Source: Candidatus Hodarchaeota archaeon
Lineage (GTDB): Archaea > Asgardarchaeota > Heimdallarchaeia > Hodarchaeales > Hodarchaeaceae
NCBI GenBank assembly: GCA_029856365.1
Contig: JAHQWW010000050.1
Coordinates: 1-25,244, forward strand
Direction of reading: 5' to 3'
DNA length: 25,244 bases
Position 1 is the stretch's first letter. Every line of letters starts with the position of its first letter. The translations under genes and the position numbers were made by a program. Below the pieces are notes generated by a model, which did not search any database, was not told the DNA's origin, and saw nothing but the letters and a program-made list of their open reading frames with translations. Positions 9,206 through 18,403 of the stretch are shown here, one piece after another.

Positions 9206-9892
9206 TCACCTCTGAGTTCCAGGCAACTGAAGAGAGGGTTTTTCTATTTCAATAAAGACATCCATTTCAATATAATTGAAGTAGAGTACAATAACTGTTG
9301 AAATGATTCCTTCACCAATTCCGATCAGAATATGGTATAGAAGAATCGTTGGTAATGCCACTATCAGCGGGATTGCTGAAGGACTGACAAGGATTGGCAC
9401 CCCAATCTCGATTGCTGCAAAGAAGGAAGCAACCACAACAGATAAGAATGCTCCAATAAAAACGCCGCCATAATATCGAACCTTATTTTCTTCTGGGGTC
9501 GCATTCAGCATGAGATATCTTAATACTATGTATCCTACAAAAACTCCAACGACTCCCATGTTGAAAATGTTCGGTCCTAGTGCTATAACTCCACCATCAG
9601 CAAAAAGCAGTGCCTGAATCAGTAGTACGACAGTCATAACTAAAACCGCACCCCACGGCCCAACAATGACCGCAGCTAGGGCTCCACCAAGCACATGGCC
9701 AGAGGTGCCTCCAAGAATGGGAAAATTGAGCATTTGGGTCGCAAAAATAGTTCCGCCTAAGACTGCCATATAGGCAATTCGAGTCGGATCATGTTCACGT
9801 AACTTATAAAGAGAAACTGCAATTATAACTAATACAATGATCCACGTAATTAGTAGGAAAGCAGGATCTACCCAACCATCGGGAATATGCAT
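9206..9892 (-). CDS. nikM: ECF S component NikM/CbiM
   Basis: N-terminal MHIPDG metal-binding motif (Ni-type rather than the MHIMEG cobalt type), GTSGH, QALLFADGG. Confidence 0.93.
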   Translation of the reverse strand: MHIPDGWVDPAFLLITWIIVLVIIAVSLYKLREHDPTRIAYMAVLGGTIFATQMLNFPILGGTSGHVLGGALAAVIVGPWGAVLVMTVVLLIQALLFADGGVIALGPNIFNMGVVGVFVGYIVLRYLMLNATPEENKVRYYGGVFIGAFLSVVVASFFAAIEIGVPILVSPSAIPLIVALPTILLYHILIGIGEGIISTVIVLYFNYIEMDVFIEIEKPSLQLPGTQR

Positions 9893-9993
9893 TTTTTTTT
9901 CACCATAAATTGTTTTAACTTTTCTAAGCTAATTTACAGATAAAAAATCATTAATATGATTCATTCTACGAAAAATCCAAATAAATATATATG

Positions 9994-10020
9994 TGTTACA
10001 CATCACTATATTTTGTAACA
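9994..10020. promoter_or_regulatory. Putative NikR operator TGTTACA-N13-TGTAACA
   Basis: Perfect 7-bp inverted repeat spanning 27 bp, about 100 nt upstream of nikM. It abuts an AT-only TATA-like tract (9981-9992). Widely spaced half-sites are typical of tetrameric NikR operators. Confidence 0.7.
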
Positions 10021-10356
10021 ACTTACTTTTTAGCTTAATATTAAAAAATCATAAAATTTCATTTAGTACGAAGTAATTTAACCGATTTTAACCCAGTTAA
10101 AATGAACGAGTTAATATTCCAAGATAATTGTATTCGAGTAATTCAACAATTATGATTTTCCATGGTAATACGGTTAGAACCATTAATTACTATTGGTTTA
10201 AGGATATAAGGATAATGGATTGTTTCTTCTCTTGCCTATTAGAATAAATGATCAAGATGCAAAATACAAAGAGTTATTTTACACTTAAATCATTCTTATT
10301 TTCCATTTCTTTTTTTTCAATTCTCCTAATTCTTTATAGTATGGTTTTTTCATTAC

Positions 10357-10968
10357 TTATTTTTTCAATTTGGAAAATCTTGGAATCCAGCGTGGAACTC
10401 TTTTCATATAATCAATCCATTTCTGACCAAATCGGCGTTTCAATGCTGGTTCTTCAATATACAAAGTAAAAACATGTGTTGCCAAGATGATAACTGGTAA
10501 TAATATAAACATCGCGCCAAGGTTTAATGTAACTCCAAGACCCAAAAAAAATAAGAATTGACCAAGCATCATTGGGTTTCTAACCCAAGCATATGGTCCT
10601 AAAGTAACCAATTCTGTTGTTGGCTCTGAAAAGCCTGTTGTTCCATGACCTACTGTAAACTGAAGCCAACAGCACCAACCAATAAGAAATATTCCAAAAA
10701 ATGTCACTCCAAATCCAACCATTCTAACGGGAAAACTGAAAAACTTGGGAATCATTAATAGATCATTCAACCATAGTACAATGAGGATCACAATAATGTA
10801 CTCGCATAGCACTCCTACATAATGCGCGATAGTTCCTAGACGTCTGAAATAAATCTTTGAGATCTTCATTATAATGGATTTCTTGACATAATACTTCTTT
10901 GAACTTATTATTACAGGTTTTTTCTTGTTCAAGTGAAGTTTTTCTGTTTTCATTTTGATAACTCCCAC
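10357..10968 (-). CDS. Isoprenylcysteine carboxylmethyltransferase / PEMT-family membrane methyltransferase
   Basis: LVTLGPYAWVRNPM, EEPALKRRFG..W.DY..RVPRWIP. The true start is probably downstream of 10968. Confidence 0.85.
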   Translation of the reverse strand: MGVIKMKTEKLHLNKKKPVIISSKKYYVKKSIIMKISKIYFRRLGTIAHYVGVLCEYIIVILIVLWLNDLLMIPKFFSFPVRMVGFGVTFFGIFLIGWCCWLQFTVGHGTTGFSEPTTELVTLGPYAWVRNPMMLGQFLFFLGLGVTLNLGAMFILLPVIILATHVFTLYIEEPALKRRFGQKWIDYMKRVPRWIPRFSKLKK

Positions 10969-11249
10969 TCTCTCAAGCCTAGATCGAATTATTTTTCATT
11001 TATACACCTTAAAATCGTTGCACATCAAGCGATTATCCGAATTTTCTTATCTATCTTGGCCTTAAAATTTTCAAGTAAGGATTCATCTCCTGATTTTTGA
11101 CAACTATGAAAGACACTCCCCTTCATCCATACCTATACTTGATTTCTTACAGTAATGGTTTTTCTACAAAAGGAATTAATTATTTATACCATCTTTAACA
11201 CTATAAGGATTAAAGTGGAACCTTATGGTCAAAGAAATTATTCTGGAAG

Positions 11250-11285
11250 TTCCACACGGTTAGCCCTTGTGCGATTAGTGGCAGC
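11250..11285. repeat. Dispersed repeat, copy 5 (right module only)
   Basis: 36/36 identical to 238-273. A further degenerate tail fragment (ATTAGTGTCAGCAGTG) lies at 11334-11349. Confidence 0.9.
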
Positions 11286-11374
11286 CAATTTGGTAGACAT
11301 TTCTAGCTTCGTCAAAGAATCATGGAATTATTAATTAGTGTCAGCAGTGCTATCAGCTTTCAGAATCCAGTCTC

Positions 11375-13729
11375 CTAATTACTGGAAATTTCAGTTTCAT
11401 TCTCAATTTTTGGCGATTCAATCAAAGTGTGGACAGTTTTAAATATAAAAATGAGCGAAATAATACATAAGTCACCAATGAGTAATAAACCACCCAAGAA
11501 AAAAAGGGATAATGTAACAGCCGGTTCAAACTGGTTTGACATTGCTGTATTATCCCATGGAATGGTTTGGATGAAATATAAGGTATTTCTAGCCAGAATT
11601 AATTGATTAATATAGATTACAATTATTGCAAGAAGGAAATGTCGTGCTATCAAGGGTTTGGTTGACTGATGCTTCATATCAAGATTAATTAGACTCGGAA
11701 TAACTCCTAAGAATATTAAATTAATAATAAAGATAAGAAATATGTATATTAGGTAATAACTCTCTTCTATAATTGAATCTTGAATTATCAACGCAAAGAT
11801 TAAAGCAGGAATAATAAATACTAATAAAGGCTCTAGATCTGCAAAATGAAATTTTGATTTATAGCTCTCATCAGATTTCCATTCCCGATTTATCAGAAAA
11901 TCTTCTTTGAGGGCAGAAGAAAGAAAAAATAGGAGACCAATTCCAAAGAGGCATAAAAACTGAAATTCGGGAAAAATAAAAAAAATGTATAGGGGTATTG
12001 GGAAAATTGTTGTTTGTGGGCCATGTTCGATTAACCAAAGTATTCCTTTCAGCTGAGGAAGGATATTAACACTTATAGCCGCTGCGAGCATGTAAAGACA
12101 CCCAAACTTAGTTACATTTGGAGATCCCCTTTTAATAAGTATCATCACTGACCCTACAATTAACATGATTAAAGATGCCATTTCTAATAATTGAAACGCT
12201 ATTGAGGAAATGTCAGAAAAATAATTGGTTGGATCCTCAAGGATTATCACGAAAACATTTTGATATACAAATGAATGATCATCCTCAATTTTTTTTCCTA
12301 AAAAGTCCTTTGACCTAGTTCCCCCTGTAATAACTATTTTATCTCTCTGATTGACTTTGAGTCCATACTCTAAATGTGCTTGCCCCCCCCCATCATCATT
12401 CTCACTCCCACCAAGAAGGGTACTCCACAAGAGGGAACCAACCGAAGAAAATTTAACCAAGAAGATGTCAAAGTCATTGATGTCTCCAAATTTTTCTGAA
12501 TGATATGCATTTTTTACTGGGAAATCATTTGAATGTGTATCTCCAATCATGATAAGATTATCGGAATTATCAACATCAGCAGCAATACCCGCTAGTCCAT
12601 CTCCCCTCGATCCTCCAATGAACGTGCTCCATTCTAATTGGCCATTCTTAGTGATTTTTGTGATGAACACATCAGATTCATAACCCTGATGGGATTGTGT
12701 GTAAGTAGTGTTGTGAATAAGGAAATCATTGGAATCAGTTACTCCTGTTACGAAAAGATTATCATGGCTATCTACAGTAACAGAACTACCAATATCAATA
12801 TCCCTTCCACCGATAAATGAGCTGAATATCAAAGAGCCATTTGGAGTAAATTTAGTAATGAATGCATCGCTAAGCTCCAAAGTGGAATCGAAAGCGTTCT
12901 TAAGTGGCATCCCAGATCCCCAGACTCGCCCCGTGACAATGATATTGTTTTCACTATCTACAGAAATGTCATTGATATCATTTTTACCATCAGGTCCCCC
13001 AAAAAAGGTGCTCCATATTAACGAACCATCAGAAGAGAATTTTGAAATAAACCCTTTTGAGTTCGCTACTCTTAGAATCGAATCGAAAGCATTTTGGACA
13101 GGGAAATCTACAGAATTAGTGCTACCAGCTACAATAATATTATCTTCACTGTCTATAGCAACAGATGTACATTTATCCTCTTCTGATCCACCAACATATA
13201 TACTCCACAGTAATTGACCATTTGGATTAAATTTCATCAGGATTATAACTTCTTTCTCGAGATTTGACGTATTTATCGCTTTCTGAGTTGGAAAATCAAG
13301 ACTTTCTGTATATCCTGCTATAACAACGTTATTCTGAGAATCTGTGACACAACTCATACCTTGAGATCTTCCCCTTCCATGGTGTACAGTACTCCATAAG
13401 ATGGAACCTCTTTGGGAGATTTTTGTTACATATAAGCCCCCCCAACCCATATCTTCCTCAGATAAAGGTTGAGCATTAATATCTGGAAAATCGTGAGACC
13501 AGGTGGCCCCAGTAATTATCATATTGTTATCTTGATCATAAGCTAAATCATTACTATACTCACCGCTACTACCATCAACGTATTGAAAAAAAACAATATA
13601 ATCATATGTGGCTGGATTTTTAAATGTGATCCCATGACCGATCATATTTAGACCAGAATTCACCATAGCTAAGCAAATTATCACAAGAAAAGCGTATGAT
13701 AATAAAGAATGATTTTTTGGTATTCTCAT
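11375..13729 (-). CDS. SBBP-repeat (beta-propeller) extracellular domain fused to a C-terminal multi-pass membrane domain
   Basis: N-terminal signal/TM segment, about 7 repeats of D..NI.V.G.T.S.DFP...D.F..KF...G.L.WST..GG, then about 7 TM helices. ATG 13729 preferred over TTG 13738. Confidence 0.88.
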   Translation of the reverse strand: MRIPKNHSLLSYAFLVIICLAMVNSGLNMIGHGITFKNPATYDYIVFFQYVDGSSGEYSNDLAYDQDNNMIITGATWSHDFPDINAQPLSEEDMGWGGLYVTKISQRGSILWSTVHHGRGRSQGMSCVTDSQNNVVIAGYTESLDFPTQKAINTSNLEKEVIILMKFNPNGQLLWSIYVGGSEEDKCTSVAIDSEDNIIVAGSTNSVDFPVQNAFDSILRVANSKGFISKFSSDGSLIWSTFFGGPDGKNDINDISVDSENNIIVTGRVWGSGMPLKNAFDSTLELSDAFITKFTPNGSLIFSSFIGGRDIDIGSSVTVDSHDNLFVTGVTDSNDFLIHNTTYTQSHQGYESDVFITKITKNGQLEWSTFIGGSRGDGLAGIAADVDNSDNLIMIGDTHSNDFPVKNAYHSEKFGDINDFDIFLVKFSSVGSLLWSTLLGGSENDDGGGQAHLEYGLKVNQRDKIVITGGTRSKDFLGKKIEDDHSFVYQNVFVIILEDPTNYFSDISSIAFQLLEMASLIMLIVGSVMILIKRGSPNVTKFGCLYMLAAAISVNILPQLKGILWLIEHGPQTTIFPIPLYIFFIFPEFQFLCLFGIGLLFFLSSALKEDFLINREWKSDESYKSKFHFADLEPLLVFIIPALIFALIIQDSIIEESYYLIYIFLIFIINLIFLGVIPSLINLDMKHQSTKPLIARHFLLAIIVIYINQLILARNTLYFIQTIPWDNTAMSNQFEPAVTLSLFFLGGLLLIGDLCIISLIFIFKTVHTLIESPKIENETEISSN

Positions 13730-13841
13730 TTTCCCCAAACCTATGAAATCAGATACGCAATGAAATTATTCTTAAAAGTAGTGATTCTCCAACTTAAAAT
13801 CCCATTTGTACAATAAAATCTAATTATCCCGAAAATCAAAG

Positions 13842-13945
13842 AACAGCGGACAGACATCAGACCGAAAGCCCACACATTGAAGCTGGTGACTCTTGAAGCC
13901 ACCTGACGATAGCTTTTGTAAAGAATACTTAATTTCCACATGGTT
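13842..13945. repeat. Dispersed repeat, copy 6 (left module, core and part of right module)
   Basis: AACAGCGGACAGACATCAGACCGAAAGCCCACACATTGAAGCTGGTGACTCTTGAAGCCACCTGACGATAG...TACTTAATTTCCACATGGTT. Confidence 0.92.
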
Positions 13946-13962
13946 GAAATTTAAAAATCATT

Positions 13963-14642
13963 TCACACTGAAAGATCAGAAAGAAACTTCTTGTAACTCT
14001 GTACCATATTCAAGTAAGAGTGGTTTGCAATAGTTCCTTGCTCATGTTTTTCAGTCTGATTAATGAACCACTTCACCCATTTTTGGGTTTCAGGAGGGTT
14101 TGGATCTAGTTGTTTGGTTTTGAATATCAACTCTTGCTTTGCAGCCATAAGATTTGATGTATCAGGCGAATCAACTAGCTGCTTAGATAGGGTCTCCAGT
14201 CTCACTTCTAAATCAAGTATCGGAGAACCAACAACGTGATCAGATACTTCGACTTCGTTGGAGAATTGTTCTTTATTTTTCCCACTATTGTTCACATTTT
14301 GTGTTTTTTGCTTAGAAATGAATTGAATGAGGGTATCAATTAAGAGATAGAGGCCATAAGGAATAAAAAAAAGACTGACAAAAAACATTAACAGGGGTGG
14401 TCCGGGCCCTTCAGGAACTGTTATGTAATACGAGACGAATGAGATTGTAGTATAATTCCTGCAATTATAAAGAATATAGATATCACCCCAAGTGTTTTTA
14501 GTCTCTCAGACCTATAATAACATCGTTTTGAACAAAATAATTTGTCTAAACCATTTTGTTGAAACCCGTCTCCATTGATTGATGTTCCGCATTAATTACA
14601 AATCTTTTCATCATCCCCAGATCTATTTGATTCTTCGTCCAT
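13963..14642 (-). pseudogene. TRASH/YHS-type zinc finger plus two TM helices; one nonsense codon and one frameshift
   Basis: From ATG 14642: MDEESNRSGDDEKICN*CGTS...KLFCSKRCYY...LGVISIFFIIAGIIL. A 1-nt frameshift near 14450 leads into TISFVSYY...PLLMFFVSLFF (the 13963..14388 ORF). TAA at 14594-14592. Confidence 0.72.
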
Positions 14643-15015
14643 ATGAATTCAACCACTCTATTCATATTCCCAAATAGAAAAAAAGCTGGGAGTAACAAGC
14701 AGTTAATGGGTTTAAAAATCTTTTTAGTTTTAAATACTTCTTTTAAAGAAGTTCTGAAAGAAAAAAATAGATTCTTTCTTTGCGATCTTCTTCTTCTTGT
14801 TTCATATAATCTTTTAACAGGGAATCACACCCACCCCCCCCCACTCCCTCTCACGCATTCGGGGATAAGCATTTTGAACACCTCTCACTCTGGTATATAC
14901 TTTTCTTAAAAAGCGAAAGAAAAAAGCAGGCAGCAATAAATAAAGGAAAATTCTCATAAAATAGATAATTTCTAAATCGATGTTAATCATATTAATGTTA
15001 AGAAGGCAATAGTTA

Positions 15016-16584
15016 ATGGGAATAAAGAAGTTTCCAAGTATCTTTAATGATGTTATGGGACCAATTATGAGAGGCCCATCGAGTTCTCACTGTGCAGCTT
15101 CTGTTCGGATTGGGAAGATGGCAAGGGACTTAATGGGCTGCAATATTCAAGAGGTTTTGATAGAATTTGATACAAAAGGTTCGTTAGCGACAACACATGC
15201 CAATCAAGGATCTGATATGGGACTCTATGGAGGTTTTCTTGGGTGGGACACCTATGATGAAAAATTAGTGGGTTCTGCGAAAGCTATCGAAGAAGCAGGC
15301 ATTAAAATAAAGATTGCGATTAAAGAGTTGAACACAAAACATCCTAATACTTACAAATTGACACTAAAAAATAATGAAGAAACCCACGAAATGATAGCGA
15401 TCTCCACTGGGGGGGGGATGATCGAAATAGTAGAAATTGATCAAGTTAAGGTTTCAATGGTTGGAGATTATTATGAAACTTTGGTTTATACAAACGATGA
15501 CGAACTTCTCAGTTTTTTACAGGAAACATTACCTACCAATGAGATTTTTACCTGTGAGGGAACAGACACTAGTTTCATTGAAATAAAAACGCAACAACGT
15601 TTGGATGAAGGGCTACTCATTCACATAAAAAATGAATTCAACATATCAGATATAAAAGAATTAAAACCGGTTTTACCAGTGCTATCCCGAAAAGAGATAA
15701 AAGTACCATTCCTTACATGCGAAGAAATGCTCAAATATAACGAGAATAAGAATCTAGACCTCTGGGAATTAGCTGTTCATTATGAAAGTGTCAGGGGTAA
15801 TATATCTGCAGATGAAGTTTTCAACCAAATGCAAAACATTGTCAAAATTATGGAAAAATCCATTTCGGATGGAATTAAAGGAACTGATTACCATGATAGG
15901 ATTTTAGGGTACCAATCAGGGTTTTTTAAGACGCAAATGGAAAAAAAGGGGTTACTCAATGGGGGTATCCTAAATCACATGATCTGTTATATATCCGCAA
16001 TGATGGAGATAAAGAGTTCAATGGGAGTAATCGTCGCTGCTCCTACTGCAGGAGCTTGTGGGGTCATTCCTGGCACTTTGATGGGTGCAGCTACAGCTAT
16101 GAAACTGTCTTCAAATGATATCACAAGAGCAATGCTTGCTGCAGGAATAATAGGAATATTTATTGTTAATCAATCAACTTTTTCAGCAGAGCTCGGAGGA
16201 TGCCAGGCTGAATGTGGTTCAGCCTCAGGAATGGCCGCTGCAGGACTTGTAACTTTAATGAATGGTAATATAAAACAAGCGATCGATGCAGCTTCAATGG
16301 CATTGCAAAATGTATTTGGAATGGTATGCGATCCTGTAGCTAACAGAGTAGAGGTTCCTTGTTTAGGTAAAAATGTTATGGCGGCTAGTAATGCACTCTC
16401 TTGTGCGAATATGACCTTAGCCAATTTTGACGTAGTTATACCTTTGGGAGAAGTAATCGAAGCAATGGATAAAGTTGGTAGAAGTATTCCACATGAATTA
16501 AGATGTACGGCTTTAGGAGGATTATCTGTAACTAAAACATCAAAATTATTGGAGGAAAAACTTAGAAACCTTGAAGATTCTTGA
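15016..16584 (+). CDS. Fe-S-dependent L-serine ammonia-lyase, fused beta and alpha subunits
   Basis: GPIMRGPSSSH, HPNT, STGGG (beta part). AAPTAGACG, GGCQAECG, CDPVANRVEVPC (alpha part, Fe-S Cys ligands). Confidence 0.93.
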   Translation: MGIKKFPSIFNDVMGPIMRGPSSSHCAASVRIGKMARDLMGCNIQEVLIEFDTKGSLATTHANQGSDMGLYGGFLGWDTYDEKLVGSAKAIEEAGIKIKIAIKELNTKHPNTYKLTLKNNEETHEMIAISTGGGMIEIVEIDQVKVSMVGDYYETLVYTNDDELLSFLQETLPTNEIFTCEGTDTSFIEIKTQQRLDEGLLIHIKNEFNISDIKELKPVLPVLSRKEIKVPFLTCEEMLKYNENKNLDLWELAVHYESVRGNISADEVFNQMQNIVKIMEKSISDGIKGTDYHDRILGYQSGFFKTQMEKKGLLNGGILNHMICYISAMMEIKSSMGVIVAAPTAGACGVIPGTLMGAATAMKLSSNDITRAMLAAGIIGIFIVNQSTFSAELGGCQAECGSASGMAAAGLVTLMNGNIKQAIDAASMALQNVFGMVCDPVANRVEVPCLGKNVMAASNALSCANMTLANFDVVIPLGEVIEAMDKVGRSIPHELRCTALGGLSVTKTSKLLEEKLRNLEDS

Positions 16585-17574
16585 TCAGATCTCGACTTCA
16601 ATTCCTTTTCTCATTTTACATGCTTTGTCATATACTAATTGGGCAATTGCTGCATCTTGAATCGCCAGCCCTACCGATTTGAAGAGTGTAATTTCCGATT
16701 CATTTTCTCTTCCCGCCTTTTTTCCAGTAATAATTTCACCTAATTCAGCATGTATGTGCTCTTTTGTTATAACACCCTCATTTATAGGAATAATAAGATC
16801 ACCAGCTTCATCAAGACAGGCATTCATTTCATCACAAACTACTTTTGATTTTTTAATTGTCTCTGTATCTATTTCACGTGTTTTTGGAGTGTAAGCACCA
16901 ATGGCTGATATGTGTGTTCCAGATTCGAGCCATTCTCCTCGAAACACAGGAATAGGGGAGGTTGTGGCGGTTAAAACAATATCTGATCCTTTCACTACAT
17001 CATGAGGTGATTCGACAACTTTAATACTTGGAATATGGAGCTTTTTACTCATTTTCTTTGCAAAATCTTCAGCTACATCCTTTCTAATATCGTACACCTT
17101 ACACAGCCGAATATCAGGACGAGCTTCATAAACTGCCCATAATTGTGTAGCTCCTTGAACTCCAGTCCCAAATAAACCAATAGTGTGAGCATCTTCTTTT
17201 GCTAGGTACTGCACTGCGCATCCTGAGACAGCACCCGTCCTCATTGCGGTCAAATAGCTCCCATCCATGATTGATATAACATCCCCCGTCTCAGGATTCT
17301 GTAAGAGGACTTTTCCAAGGATTGTAGGTAAGTTATATTTTTCTGGATTTTGTTCAAACACAGTGACAATCTTAACCGCCAATGATCCCATTTGAGGTAA
17401 AAAAGCAGGCATGTAAAGACTTATTCCACTTTCTGCAGAGATTAATATACGTTGGGGAAGAATGGCAGATCCATCTGATAGTTCTCTAAAAGCATTCTCC
17501 ATAGTAGTAATAGTTTCTTTCATATTAAGGACAAATTCGACATCTGTTCTCGATAGAATTAAGACATTACTCAT
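16585..17574 (-). CDS. Ornithine cyclodeaminase / mu-crystallin family protein (archaeal-type alanine dehydrogenase candidate)
   Basis: YMPA, VKIVTV, LTAMRTGA, GTGVQG, ITLFKSVGLAIQD. Confidence 0.9.
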   Translation of the reverse strand: MSNVLILSRTDVEFVLNMKETITTMENAFRELSDGSAILPQRILISAESGISLYMPAFLPQMGSLAVKIVTVFEQNPEKYNLPTILGKVLLQNPETGDVISIMDGSYLTAMRTGAVSGCAVQYLAKEDAHTIGLFGTGVQGATQLWAVYEARPDIRLCKVYDIRKDVAEDFAKKMSKKLHIPSIKVVESPHDVVKGSDIVLTATTSPIPVFRGEWLESGTHISAIGAYTPKTREIDTETIKKSKVVCDEMNACLDEAGDLIIPINEGVITKEHIHAELGEIITGKKAGRENESEITLFKSVGLAIQDAAIAQLVYDKACKMRKGIEVEI

Positions 17575-17585
17575 TTATTTTCCCC

Positions 17586-18164
17586 TTAACCGCTTTCAGT
17601 GAGAAGCGCTAATCTCAGTTTGATAATAAGGATTTTCACTAAGGACCAAAAAAAGGTAGATATTTTTTTCATTACTTTTTGTAAAAGCGACTTCAAGACA
17701 GCATCTAAGGTCTGGAGATCATCCACAGCCATCTCAAAAGAGTCAACGCCAAACTCCTGAGCGAGCGATAGGCCTTCAGTCTGAGGAACAACCTCAACTT
17801 CATCATGAAGGCCAACAAAAGCAATCGGAACAGTAGGTTCAGGGATATGTCTTCTAAATTCATAAAAAAGGCCAATTGTAGACTCAACAAAACTATACTT
17901 ACTTTTGGAAAAAGCAAAGACCGCGGCAGACGCGCCTTGAAAATAAGTTGGACAGCTGGACGCGAAACAGAATTGGGTTGAGATAACTATAAGAAGGAGT
18001 CTAATTATGTTATCATCTATTTTGATATTTTTGACTTGATAGAAATCGAGACCAATGATCCTTTTAGTGGGTTTAGATATTTCTTCAGTATAAGCCGGCA
18101 GTAATTTGGTTAATATATCATCTGGAGAACATAGAACACAGATTTTGGCTCTCCATCTTGCCAC
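17586..18164 (-). CDS. Rab/Ras-like small GTPase homologue with degenerate G-boxes
   Basis: Fold landmarks IGLDF, YFQGASAAVFAFS, VPIAFVG, EGLSLAQEFG..FE. GTG 18164 start chosen because it lies the same distance from GAATGTGGAGA as the paralogue's ATG 116. Confidence 0.8.
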   Translation of the reverse strand: MARWRAKICVLCSPDDILTKLLPAYTEEISKPTKRIIGLDFYQVKNIKIDDNIIRLLLIVISTQFCFASSCPTYFQGASAAVFAFSKSKYSFVESTIGLFYEFRRHIPEPTVPIAFVGLHDEVEVVPQTEGLSLAQEFGVDSFEMAVDDLQTLDAVLKSLLQKVMKKISTFFWSLVKILIIKLRLALLTESG

Positions 18165-18207
18165 TGAAGTCTCCACATTCCACTGCTTATCGATTCCGTT
18201 GTGAACC

Positions 18208-18246
18208 ACAGCGTACAGACATCAGACCGAATGCCCTCAAACTGAA
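18208..18246. repeat. Dispersed repeat, copy 7 (left module only)
   Basis: ACAGCGTACAGACATCAGACCGAATGCCCTCAAACTGAA. Confidence 0.85.
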
Positions 18247-18258
18247 TTTGGAAACTTA

Positions 18259-18381
18259 TCATCTTTTAAGCTTAGATTTCTTTTGGAATTGGGCAATCTG
18301 GCGGAGAATTAGGCTTAAAATGAGGAGGAGAAGAAGAAAAACCGGAGTATTTTCACTCAGAATGAGATCTCTAATTGTCAT
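18259..18381 (-). CDS. 40-aa single-pass membrane peptide with a basic tail
   Basis: Below the ORF-track cutoff. MTIRDLILSENTPVFLLLLLILSLILRQIAQFQKKSKLKR followed by TGA TAA, with GAAGGA upstream. Fills the gap between repeat copies 8 and 7. Confidence 0.5.
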   Translation of the reverse strand: MTIRDLILSENTPVFLLLLLILSLILRQIAQFQKKSKLKR

Positions 18382-18403
18382 CAAAGATCCTTCATAATAT
18401 GCT

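Noticed and set aside
13741-13941. ORFs overlapping the repeat (94..276, 13741..13941, 18158..18397) as a conserved peptide
   Set aside because: Frames and stops differ between copies and indels are not multiples of three.
1585-14594. Genome-wide stop-codon reassignment
   Set aside because: The internal stops are of different types (TAG, TAA), and TAA, TAG and TGA all terminate intact genes here.
17574-17660. GTPase homologue and OCD as an operon (11-bp gap)
   Set aside because: The last ~25 residues of the GTPase ORF look like read-through past a lost stop into the OCD upstream region, so the short gap is weak evidence.
12638-17917. ORFs 12638..12820, 12729..13217, 16170..16601, 16679..16894, 17705..17917
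   Set aside because: Shadow frames within well-supported genes.
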